Part shown: one piece after another, positions 52,737 to 64,000 of the stretch
How positions within the stretch are numbered: the stretch's first letter is position 1
How the letters are laid out: each line of letters begins with the position of its first letter
Source of the DNA: Octopus vulgaris
Taxonomy: Eukaryota
Length of the DNA stretch: 64,000 nucleotides
Direction: 5' to 3'
Assembly: GCA_951406725.2 (NCBI GenBank)
Contig: OX597828.1
Coordinates: 32,550,001 to 32,614,000 of the forward strand
The notes under the pieces: generated by a model
Databases searched by the model: none
What the model saw: only the letters and a program-made list of their open reading frames with translations
What the model was told of the DNA's origin: nothing
Translations under genes and position numbers: made by a program

Positions 52737-53600
52737 TTTCAACTGCACCGTTGCAATTGCAACTTTACTTTAATACCGGTGCAGTTTCTTCAGGGTCTTT
52801 ACTTCACATCCTTCAATTTAACTGTTTAAAGCCTTTCGTTTATCTAATTTGCGTTGCATGATGTATAGTTAGACACGAACAATCTCCATTTCAAGATTTC
52901 ATTGGATAATCACTCATAGTCCATTATTTCAAAGCATTTTGTTGTTTAAATGTTTATTACTCATTTATACTTGGCAAATGGGAATTTCCTCATGTGGAAG
53001 CATCTCAAAGCTTGTTCCAGTCTAGAATTTATTTCATTACTCTTGATGTAAAAAGCTGGTAAAATTCTTCTAAACATATGTCATATTTTTTAGTTCCAGG
53101 TTTGAAAGGTTTCACAGTACAAATTAATTACCAATTGATAATATAGTCTTTGTTCCTGTCCTTAATTAACCAGATTAATCTGTTACGACTTGTTTGGAAT
53201 AATTTATCTTTATCTCTAACTAAACTCAAAGCGATTTGCCAAACAATTTGCCAAACTTCTCTTGAAAATTCATGATGGCCTACCTATGTAAAAATATTCA
53301 TTACCCCCAGATGTAACTTTACATCCATATATTACATAATAAGATTCCCGTTAAGAACAATTACAAAGATGATTTTTCATATTTCCCACAGATTTAGATT
53401 GAATTTGATCATTCATGGTAGAAACAAATTCATTTCCAAGTTATCTAATACTATTTACGCCTTTAGATAAAGTTATTCTTTTCTAATTCCAGCTGAACTT
53501 TTATTCAATTCGACGTTATTAACTATTAAATTGGGATGTTTCAATTTCAGCGAATTTTAAATTCTTAGCATTTCTTTCTATTTGAGTTTTTGTTTTCTTA
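52734..53600 (-). mobile_element. Penelope-like GIY-YIG plus pLTR fragment (same family as about 28200-28830)
   Basis: Minus strand HLCNCS*RES..VIYGCKVT..YFYIG...VKPFKPGTKKYDICLEEFY...RCFHMRKF. Ends in CTGAAGA-AACTGCACCG...CGGTGCAGTT-GAAACAT (hammerhead core, 10-bp stem II). Confidence 0.85.
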
Positions 53601-53682
53601 AATTCCTTCTCACGTTAATGTTTTATATTTACTATGCTACCCTAATTATTGTACATAGATATGATACATACATACATATATG

Positions 53683-53734
<52 letters not shown>

Positions 53735-53747
53735 CATACATACATAC

Positions 53748-54050
<303 letters not shown>

Positions 54051-54165
54051 TTTGAAAATAATAAGAAAATTTGAAAACAGTTTACAAGGAAAAATCTTGC
54101 GAAAATATTAAAAAGTACATTAAAAATATTAGGATTTCATTAAAAATTATATTTGTTTGGAGGTA

Positions 54166-54210
<45 letters not shown>

Positions 54211-54372
54211 AATTATAAGTTCAAAGATGTCATATTTTGGTTTGTATATATATACACAGAGGGAGATATATTTAAGAGTTTACAAAGAATTTGAGATGAA
54301 CTGATCTGTTTTACCATTTTTTCGTTTTCGTTTATAATGATAAACGAAACCATTTTCAAACGTTCTTTCATA

Positions 54373-54514
<142 letters not shown>

Positions 54515-54773
54515 TACATAGATAGAAATATATAGCAGATATAGATATATATGTGCGTATGCATGATGTATGCGTGTGTATGAGTGCGCACGTTCGTGTG
54601 TGTGTATATGTTTCGTGTGTGTTAGTGTGCATGCATTTTGAGCTCCTGCTGCAAAACAGGTTTTCTAGGTACATCTGATTTTGGGAAAGAAACTCGGATT
54701 AATATAGTACTTTACATGATTACAAGTGTAGTTAAAATGTCAATTCCTAAATCAGAGAAATGTGCGTCGTATT

Positions 54774-54817
54774 TAATAATAATAATGATAATGATAATAA
54801 TAATAGTAATAATAATG

Positions 54818-54875
<58 letters not shown>

Positions 54876-54903
54876 TAATAATAATAATAATAACAATAAT
54901 AAA

Positions 54904-54935
<32 letters not shown>

Positions 54936-54950
54936 TAATAATAATAATAT
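54774..54950. repeat. (AAT)n microsatellite
   Basis: Direct reading. Confidence 0.98.
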
Positions 54951-55462
54951 TTATCTCAACCAACACGAGGGAAAATCATTAAAAAATGCCTATTCTTCAA
55001 TGAATAGGTGTTTTGTTCTTGCATACACTAATTCCTGTATGTAAATTTCAATTTCAGTTTATATATATGTAAATACATAAAAAGATATGTGTGTGTGTGT
55101 GCGTGTGGAGGGTATGATTTTCTCACATAAATTATATTTGTTTTCATATCTTTCGAAACACACTTGCAAAACGTACAGCAATAATAATTGCTTAAAGACA
55201 ATTATAAAATTTGCGTTTTACCTCTGAAATGTCTTTCAATAAATGTTGTAGTAATATTGCTTTCACTTGTTAAACTCGTAGAATTTATAATAATGTGTCA
55301 TTGTCTAGTTTAGAATATTAGGCTGATATCTTTGTTGAGCATTTTCAAATGTTCATTTGCGTTATGAATATTTAAGTAAGAGCCATAAATTGAAAAACAA
55401 GTGGAAGTCTGGTTGCCTGTCGGCTTTGCTAATTTGCTCACTTTCTTTACACGCCCCGAGCA

Positions 55463-55504
<42 letters not shown>

Positions 55505-56623
55505 CAAGCACACACATGTATTTGTCAATGTGTGAGTGCGTGCGTCTGTGCGTGTATGCATTCAGAGAGATAGAGAAGTTTATATCAAACGAGAAGCATT
55601 ACATCTGTTGGAGTTCATCCTTATTTGTATGGAGAGACTGACAAAAGATATTTGATTTCATATGGGTTTGTCACTAAGTAAATTCGCCTCCGCCTCCGCC
55701 TCAAGCATTTTATTAACACACAGTTAACTTCACATATGTGTATTTGTGTTTGCGTGTCTGTGCGTGTGTGTGTCGGTATGTCTGTGTCTGATAATTATCT
55801 GTCTCTCAATCTGTGTGCGCGCGCGTGTGTGTATGCGTGTGTATTTATGCAGATGGATTGTGTACACATGTGACTTCCAATATATCAATGAATGATTTCT
55901 CATATCAGATTTTCATTTGACAGTGTATTTACTTTGAAACAAAATCACAAATTCATAAACACTTCTGAGCTACAGCAATGCATTACCAATTCACAGAAGC
56001 TCCCGACGATTATCATCACTCAATTCGTATGATGACACAAAGAAAACCTGAAACCTTAAAAACTGTAAACAGTCGTACAATTATTAATGCAACAAATTGA
56101 ACTTGCATATCTCTGATATTAATCTGAGTATCGTATCAAATCTCAAAACAATGTTCGAAAATTGAAACTGTGAATACATAGATATTCAGTTACTATCTCT
56201 GGGAACAACTCCTAGCACAAGATTCACGGACTTTGCGTTAGATAAAATTTGAAAACAAAGTTGATAGAGCCGGAACAATTACAGTTCTATCAAGCATTAT
56301 TGCCAAGTTTCACGCTGGCCTATTTACATAGTTATCGATTTCGAAATGAAACATATGAGACAAGGCTGATCTTCGCAAGAATCGGAATCGGCGCGTCAAA
56401 AGTAATACTGCAAATCATTATATTTGATTTATTGACAAAATTGCAAATCGCTGACGTATAAATATATATATATAAAAGCAAATAAAACAGATTAAATCGA
56501 ATATATTCATGACTCCAATGTAACAATACGACATAGCAATTTCGAAATATACGTGGTTAGTATGCTGTTATATATGTGTATATATATGCATAGATAAACA
56601 TAGATAAACATATATATACATAC

Positions 56624-56682
<59 letters not shown>

Positions 56683-58102
56683 TATATATTCATTTAATTA
56701 TATATATATAAGATGTGCCGCTAGAAGAAGCATATATGTAGAAAAAACTACTGCCATAAACAGAGGTACAGAAGTAAAGAATATATAATATTTATAACCA
56801 ATGATAGACATAGAATGTAACAATGTAAATGGGGATAGATTATAGAAACAGATTTCTCAACGATGGTCATTCTAAAAATCCCGAGGTCGCAACTGCAGAT
56901 TTGCAAACCAGGTTATACATTGAATTCTAAATCTTAATCCGCTTTTCTCATCCGTTATTAATGTATCACCTAAAGAAATATACCAGGGATTAGTTAGCTG
57001 ATTCCATATACTACATTCACCACTACAACTATAGTCAGCATCTGAATTTCCATCAAGCAATACCAAATTGTTAGTATATTACACACTCGTATATGCAATG
57101 AGCGTTCAGACTTAATTGGGTAAAAATATATATTCCGTAAAGAGAACCACACAGAGAGATAGTTAGATAGATAGACTGATAGATATGTAGATAGACTGAT
57201 AGATAGATAGATACATACATACATATAAACATAAGACATACATACGTACATAAATACATACGTACATAAATACATACATACATACATAGGTATGTACGTA
57301 CAAACATGTTTAAGCCTCGCTACTTCACAATATAACACGTAGCATGATAATTTGGCAACATACTTGCATACATACGTATGCAGGGATACGGTGTGTATAT
57401 GTGTGCGAGAGTTAGGTGAGCATGTTTCTTTGTTCGTATGTGAATGCGAAAGCGAGAAAATTTTAAATTATTTTAGCTCCTTTAAATTAACGTAATGTAA
57501 AATTCACCCATAATTTATTGCTCGTATAATTACGTTACATTTTTATATATCCGATTTAAGAACCACTCTGTAAACTAAATTTAGATATCTTTCAAAATCT
57601 TGCTTAGGATTTATATGTCCATTATATATCATTCACAATAATTTTGCTTCATATATACGTCACATGTAATAAACTATGTTTTTATTAATAATTGCAAGAA
57701 GGTTTTGGCGATATTCTCCCAAAGATATTCATATGCGCATTCGCACATTTACACATAGAAATACATTAGAAAATATTAACAAAATTTGCTTCATGCATGA
57801 ATTTCTAATGGAGTCGAATTTTAATATTACCGTGTAGAAGACGGAGAAGAAAAAATCTTCCGTTGCTTCACTTAAAGGCATATTCCTATCATAATACTGA
57901 TTTACAGAAAACATTCATCTAACAGATGTGTTCTTCCACTTTACACACACACACACACACGCACACATACACACACACGCACGCATGCACACACATACAC
58001 AAACACACAATTGTATGCATATTCATAGATATACAGAAAATGATATTATATATGCATGTTAGTGTGTCTGTGTATATTTATGTATATACACATATATACG
58101 TG

Positions 58103-58480
58103 TGCGTGGTTGTGTGGTAAGAAGCTTGCTTTATAACTACATGGTTTCTGGGTTCGATCTCATTGCGTGGCATCTTGGAAAACTGTCTTCTACTATAGGT
58201 CTCGGTCCGACCAGACCTTGTGAGTGAATTTGATAGATGGAAACTGAAAGAATCCCGTCGTATATATATACATATATGTGTGTGCGAGTGTTTGTATTGT
58301 ACCCCCACCATCGCTTGATAACCGATATTGGCCTACTTACGCCCCCGTAACTCAGCAACAAAGACCGATAGAACAAGTACTAGAGTTACAGAGTAAGAGG
58401 CCTGTGGTCGGGTTGTCCGACTAAAGTCGGTGTTCCATCATGGCAGCGGTCAAATAACTGAAAGAAGTTAAAAAATAAAA
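58103..58480 (+). mobile_element. Family-C tRNA-derived SINE (CORE-like body, internal TA/TG tract, CR1-like tail)
   Basis: GTGGTTGTGTGGTAAG (A box), GGTTCGATCTC (B box), GTGGCATCTTGGAAAACTGTCTT (CORE-like), tail CATGGCAGCGGTCAAATAACTGAAAGAAG. Confidence 0.85.
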
Positions 58481-58537
58481 GTGTATGTATATATGTATAT
58501 AATGTATATATGTATATAATATGTATGTATATATGAA

Positions 58538-58640
58538 CTGGGTCATCCCATAAATAATGCACTTTTCTATTAATTTATTTTTCAAAATTAAGACAGTTCT
58601 TTTTTAATCTAAAATATACTCTCCTTCATTTTCTACACAA
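58538..58640 (-). mobile_element. Mariner 3' terminus fragment
   Basis: Minus strand VENEGEYILD*, then TTATGGGATGACCCA, a TIR related to the two complete mariners. Confidence 0.8.
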
Positions 58641-59077
58641 CGGTATATATATACATAAATATATATATATATATAGGTAGGAAATATTTTAGTGGCGAAA
58701 CACACCTGGTGGATATATACAGAGGGAGTGTAAGATGAAAAACACCGAAGATTAGTTTTACAGAATTTAAGAGTATATTAGAGCCATGATAATAAAGGTA
58801 TTATACAATTTTGTACAAAATTAGGTTTTGTTCCTTCAACATAATTGAAGTAAGAATCTCTTTCGGTTTGCTCGTCAAGCTGTGAGTTGAAAATGAAAAT
58901 TGCTAGGGGCGATAATTGTTCACTCAATTATTTTTCAGTAAAGGGGAGGTAAATCTGTAAATTTTTTATTTATGTTTTATGGTCTCTTCTTTATTCTATC
59001 TTGTATTTTCCCGTAGATGAGGTAAATTCTTTATGTAATTCTGGTTTATATTTTCGGATAAATGAGTCGTCTTTAAA

Positions 59078-59322
59078 ATTGGAAAAGACTTTTGGACGTT
59101 TGCTTCATCGTGTAGAATAAAAACATGGATAAGTTCCTGGGGTTCAAAATATTTCTAAATAACATTAAAACCAACATACAATTCACAGTGGAAAACAGCC
59201 ATGGGGAACTTCCATTCCTAGACATACTGATTTAAAAAATAAACAAAACATTTTTCTACAAGTCACTAAACAATATCTATTATTTAGCTGATGCCACCCG
59301 AGGCATATGAAAGAAAATCTCC
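59078..59322 (+). mobile_element. Penelope-like RT fragment
   Basis: NWKRLLDVCFIV...NIQFTVENSHGELPFLDILI...QYLLFS*CHPRH, matching WxRYxDDCF...IQFTxE...LPFLD...SCHP. Confidence 0.85.
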
Positions 59323-59744
59323 TTCAGCGTCATCTCCTGTGTCTGTATAAAGGTCCTTGGGGGGTGAAAACCTTTTATCTAGAGGTGCTTTCTAACACCA
59401 CGATGCCAAATTTTGTCCACATTCAAGAGAAGTCGCTACTAGTTACTGCTCAACTCCTCTTCGAACAGTTAAATATCAGTTTAGCTGGAATGAAACAATG
59501 CAGTTATTAATAAGAAATTAATGCATGTAAGACTTAACAACTCCAGCATCACTGTTTCATGGTCAGCCTATGAACTTTTCAGTGCCCCATGGTAAACCGA
59601 GAGAGAGAGAAAGAAGCAGAGAGAGGGAGAAAGAAATTCATAGATAGATAGATAGATAGAAACACATGCACATCCCTATGGGCTCCGTGTGGGCAGACAT
59701 CTATGAATTTTTGTGTATCTTGATGCTGGCATAAGTTCCTTACT

Positions 59745-59797
59745 TTTCCTGATGAGAAGGCGGCATAATGCCCCCCTTATTCCTTCGAAATTAGGAA
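59745..59797 (+). ncRNA. Hammerhead-like motif
   Basis: TTTC-CTGATGA-GAAGG...CCTTC-GAAA-T-TA-GGAA. Intact cores and stem II; stem III is vestigial. Confidence 0.5.
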
Positions 59798-59872
59798 TAT
59801 GCAGCCTTTGAAATATATGTCGAAAGTAAAATAAAGGAATTTTGTTAATTCGTCGTTCAACTCCATTCTTTC

Positions 59873-59913
<41 letters not shown>

Positions 59914-61284
59914 TATACATATATACACGTGTACACACACACACACACATATATATATATACACACACATATATACATATGTATGGATGTGTGTGTGCGT
60001 GTTTTTGTGTATCTGTGTGTTTGTGTATGTGTGTGTATGTATGTATATACGTATGTATGTATTTATATATATATATATATATATATGTATATGTATATAC
60101 ATATATGTGTGTATGTGTATATATATGTATGTATTTACGTATGCATGTATGTATTTGTGAGTGTGTGCATGTGCGTGTTGTGTGTGTGCGTGCTTCCTGA
60201 CTTTTGATGTTCCTCTTTCTTTTCTCTCCCCCTCCACTTCTGTCTATTTATCTCGTTCTTGGAGTTTTCAATTTCTCTTCCTATTATTCCTCTTTTCCTA
60301 TAGATTCTATTTGTAGTGCTACTAAAAAAAACCACACTACATTCTCACCACTATCTCACTCTTGTACTATTATCACTTCTTAAATACTGCCACGAGATCT
60401 TTCTTCGATTCTTTGACATTCCTTTATTCTAAATTACTTTTAAGTTATTTAAGCCGGAACATTAATTTTGAGATCACAATTTCAAATGCTGTCCGCGAAT
60501 GAAGATAGTTGTCTGTTCAATTAGAAATTCACAAGAATCACTAACTGCAATTTTAAGTCAAAGAGAAAATAAAGAAATGCGGTTTCAAATACAAATCTAG
60601 TTGCTTGGTAAAAAGATGACGCAAGTATTTTTGTAATTCTGCTTTGTTTGTGGCCAATTCGGAAGAAAGAAGATATAGAATTACAAGCAAACGGAAAATA
60701 AAACATTGTGACAGAAGGACTGAAAAGAAAAGTGTCTGTGCAACGGTATCTGTGATGATGGTGGAAGGAAAGAGGCCCCTTTAGAGAATATTCATGTAGT
60801 TTTAATCCGGTAGATTGAGACGAAGTGGTTTTTAGCATGTGATGATTACCGGATGATAAACGTCTGAATGTTTAACAAAATATTAAATCGACTTGTTTGG
60901 CCCATAGTATATCAATAGCTAACTCAGTGGATCAATGCCCTTCCGTTAAGTCAGTTGAGAGACAAAATGTGAATTCTTCTTAACACTGGTATTTGACAAA
61001 AAGACGAATACGGGTGTGTAAACAACAAACAAATGTATTAGTTAAACGCTCGGGAAGTGAGAAAGCATTTTACGTTTCGAGCCTACGCTCTTCGACAGAA
61101 AGGAATACAGAAATAAGCAGGGAGAGAAAATAGAAAAAGGTATAGGGCTAGCTCTCTATCATGGCGAAGCCGGACAGAGGGCTGACAGAATCGTTAATCG
61201 ACTTACCTCCTATCACAGAATTGCTGGCCTTGTGTCAAAATTTGAAATCCTTATTATTGATGTGATTGTAGTTCCTATTACTGA

Positions 61285-61630
61285 AGGCAGGGAACTGGCA
61301 GAATCGTTATCACACCAGGCAAAATGTTTAGCGGTATTCCGTCCATACTTACGATCCGATTTCCAATGCTGCCGAGTCGACTTTGCCTTTATCCTTCGGG
61401 GTCGATAAAAAAGACTAGTTGAACACTAGTGACGATGTAATCGACTTATCCCCCAGCCATAAATTGCTGGCCTTGTGCCAAAATTTGAAAACAATATTAG
61501 TAGTTGGCAAAGGCGGTGAGATGGCAGAATAGTTAGCATCCGAAAGGATAAAAGACACATCCACTCGGGCTGCATGTGAACTCAAGACCGTAAAGCTGGA
61601 GGAATGCCCGTAAGTATTTTGTCCAGTGCG
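61285..61630 (+). mobile_element. Family-A SINE (about 61285-61495) plus adjacent fragments
   Basis: GAACTGGCAGAATCGTTA...GTCGACTTTGCCTTT..GGGGTCGATAAA...TGCTGGCCTTGTGCCAAAATTTGAAA. Confidence 0.85.
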
Positions 61631-62085
61631 GCTACCATTTACCCAGCTGATTGTCTTAGTACATCAATTCATTAAGTGTATAACATAACGGAAAATTTGT
61701 CGAGCTTATTTCACAATGACTTCCGAAATGAGGCTTTCGTTTGTTAAATACAGTTTTAATACTAAATTTAAGTATGAGACTTCGATACATAATCTTATAT
61801 TTTCATGAATATCAATCAATAAATTTCTGTCACAATTTTGCTTGTAATGCAGAAATGTAATATAAACATTCAAATGTGTGTGTGTGTACTTGTGAGAAAA
61901 TATGTATATTTACGAATATATGTGTGTGTGAGTGTGTATATGTATGTATTTATATGTATATATTTATATATATATATATATATGTATATACACATATATA
62001 CATATACACACTCACACACACATACACATTTATACATTATATATACATACATATGTATATATGTATATAAATATATATACATATA

Positions 62086-62149
<64 letters not shown>

Positions 62150-62150
62150 C

Positions 62151-62234
<84 letters not shown>

Positions 62235-62237
<3 letters not shown>

Positions 62238-62920
62238 AAACAGGGTTTGAAAATGCAGAGACCTTTTTAAAATGTTTATTGACTTGACTGGTTTCACTTA
62301 AGCAAATAAAAAAAGATTTTCAAAAGTAAAAGAAATGGATTTGTGTAGCCTGTGTGGTGTTAAAAAACAGTAGATGTATCATAGATGTATTAAAATACAG
62401 TGATTAAAGTCTTGTACAAGACTGGAAATGAAGTTAAATGGCTGCTCATTCCCCTGAAATTCTGTATAAATACAGTATAAATTCTGAATAAATATGATTT
62501 GTGATGCAGTTTTGACTAAGCAATACACGCTTTCTCTTATCAAATACTGTCTACAAATTCTTTCTGTATATATACGTACATACAATCAGGATTTTTGATC
62601 AGCCTATAATTATGAATTTATTTTACTACTTATTTTGAACACTTTTATGTAAATGGTTTAAACACAAAGGCCCCTCTTAACAATTTCTTGTCATAGATTC
62701 TATTTCTTAACATTCTCTTATCATTGTCAAAGACTGTATCGCTCTATTTTAATACATCTGTAATAACAATTTTTTAACACTCCAAAGGCTACACACAAAG
62801 CTTTACATTTTTCTTTTGAAATATTTTTTTTAAAGTGAACAGGTCAAGACTTCTGCATTTTCAAACCTTCTTCCCTATATATTTTCACTTATGCAGTACC
62901 TTGCAATTTTATATATGTCT
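62235..62920. mobile_element. Inverted pair of PLE-type pLTR segments between (TA)n tracts
   Basis: About 62235-62430 aligns with the reverse complement of about 62715-62878 (GGTTTGAAAATGCAGA, TGTGTAGCCT, GTGTTAAAAAA, AGATGTATTAAAATA). Confidence 0.7.
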
Positions 62921-62923
62921 AAG

Positions 62924-63014
<91 letters not shown>

Positions 63015-63072
63015 AAGCATTGATTATAGAAGAAACATTAAATCTATATATTTACATGAATTTAATGTTTGT

Positions 63073-63144
<72 letters not shown>

Positions 63145-64000
63145 TAGATAGATAGATAGATACAAGAGAAAAGGTAAGAAGAGATAAATGAATAGATAAA
63201 TATGCATGTGTGAATGTATGTGAGTAAATACAGACACATGTATGTGTGTGTGTACTTATCTATTTGTGTATGTATGCAAATGTGTATGTATGTGCCATTG
63301 TACAGTGATTTATGCATCGTTCTAGAATTGTGATCAGGAATCACATTTCCTGTTGCGGCTTCCTGTGTTGTACCTTCCGCAGTTCAAACTGGTTTTCAAA
63401 AATATCCACATTTCATTTGGTTTTATTACTTAATCTTATATTCAATCCGATTACCACCAACCTCTAAATTCAATAAAAATAAATAAATAAATAAACTCTT
63501 TCTTGAAAACAAAAAAGTATGAAAACCAATTAACTTTTTGAACAAATTTCTCATTCTAACAGGAAAACTTATTAACAAAGTATTTTCCTCGTTTTACAAA
63601 TTGAATTGATTTTATTTAAATAATTTCTTCTGTCAAATTATTTCTATAGTTCCAATGTATTTTTTAGCTTCTTCTAAAATCATCATTAATCTTGCATCCT
63701 TGAAATACCTAGTCCTGGAGATATGAGTTAATTTTCGAAAATGTCTTAGAAATTTTCACAGGGAAAAAAAAATCAATATTTTTCTTTCTCTTCTTGATAT
63801 TTTCCTCTACTCACATTTTCAATTTTTACGTAATTAGCGCTCTGCCGTAGTTTCATGACAAAAGTATACAAACAAATTTGAGGATCATGAATAAAAGACT
63901 TCTGTTTCTCTGAGACTTTATATGGCTTTGTTAATATTCGGGTTTTGATTAGCTGGCAACGAAACCATTAGAATCAACGACTCTTTGGCATCATGAAGAA

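Noticed and set aside
61055-61105. Minus-strand CTGTCGAA-GAGC(GTAG)GCTC-GAAACGTA as an active hammerhead
   Set aside because: Stem II and GAAA are present, but the CUGANGA core is altered and stem I is unconvincing. Treated only as a pLTR remnant.

Overview
AT-rich, microsatellite-dense eukaryotic DNA that looks intergenic or intronic. The tRNA-derived SINE families and the repeat landscape look like an octopus (coleoid cephalopod) genome; this is recognition from memory, not a database result. I cannot identify any host protein-coding gene. Most ORF-track entries are translations of (TA)n, (AAT)n, (GATA)n or (CA)n repeats, and the rest are mostly decayed transposon fragments. Recognisable DNA transposons: two TIR-bounded mariner (DD34D) copies, one maT-like (DD37D) element and a TA-flanked MITE. 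Recognisable retroelements: fragments of Tx1/L1, CR1, Hero-like, RTE, R4/Dong-like and Ingi/Vingi-like non-LTR elements, several Penelope-like (PLE) RT, GIY-YIG and pseudo-LTR pieces, and three SINE families. The most notable signals are RNA-structural. (1) The 3' UTR of both Hero-like LINE copies holds all hammerhead-ribozyme core motifs and three pairing stems, in a scrambled, non-circularly permuted order. (2) A 362-bp-period partial tandem repeat carries a minimal hammerhead and resembles a retrozyme. (3) Several fold-back palindromes sit in (TA)n tracts. Insertion-site patterns are also of interest: a Tx1 copy inside (GATA)n and a SINE nested in its own family with a 19-bp TSD. A perfect 118-bp inverted repeat has a template-switch signature. 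A few weak candidate host exons are flagged at low confidence.
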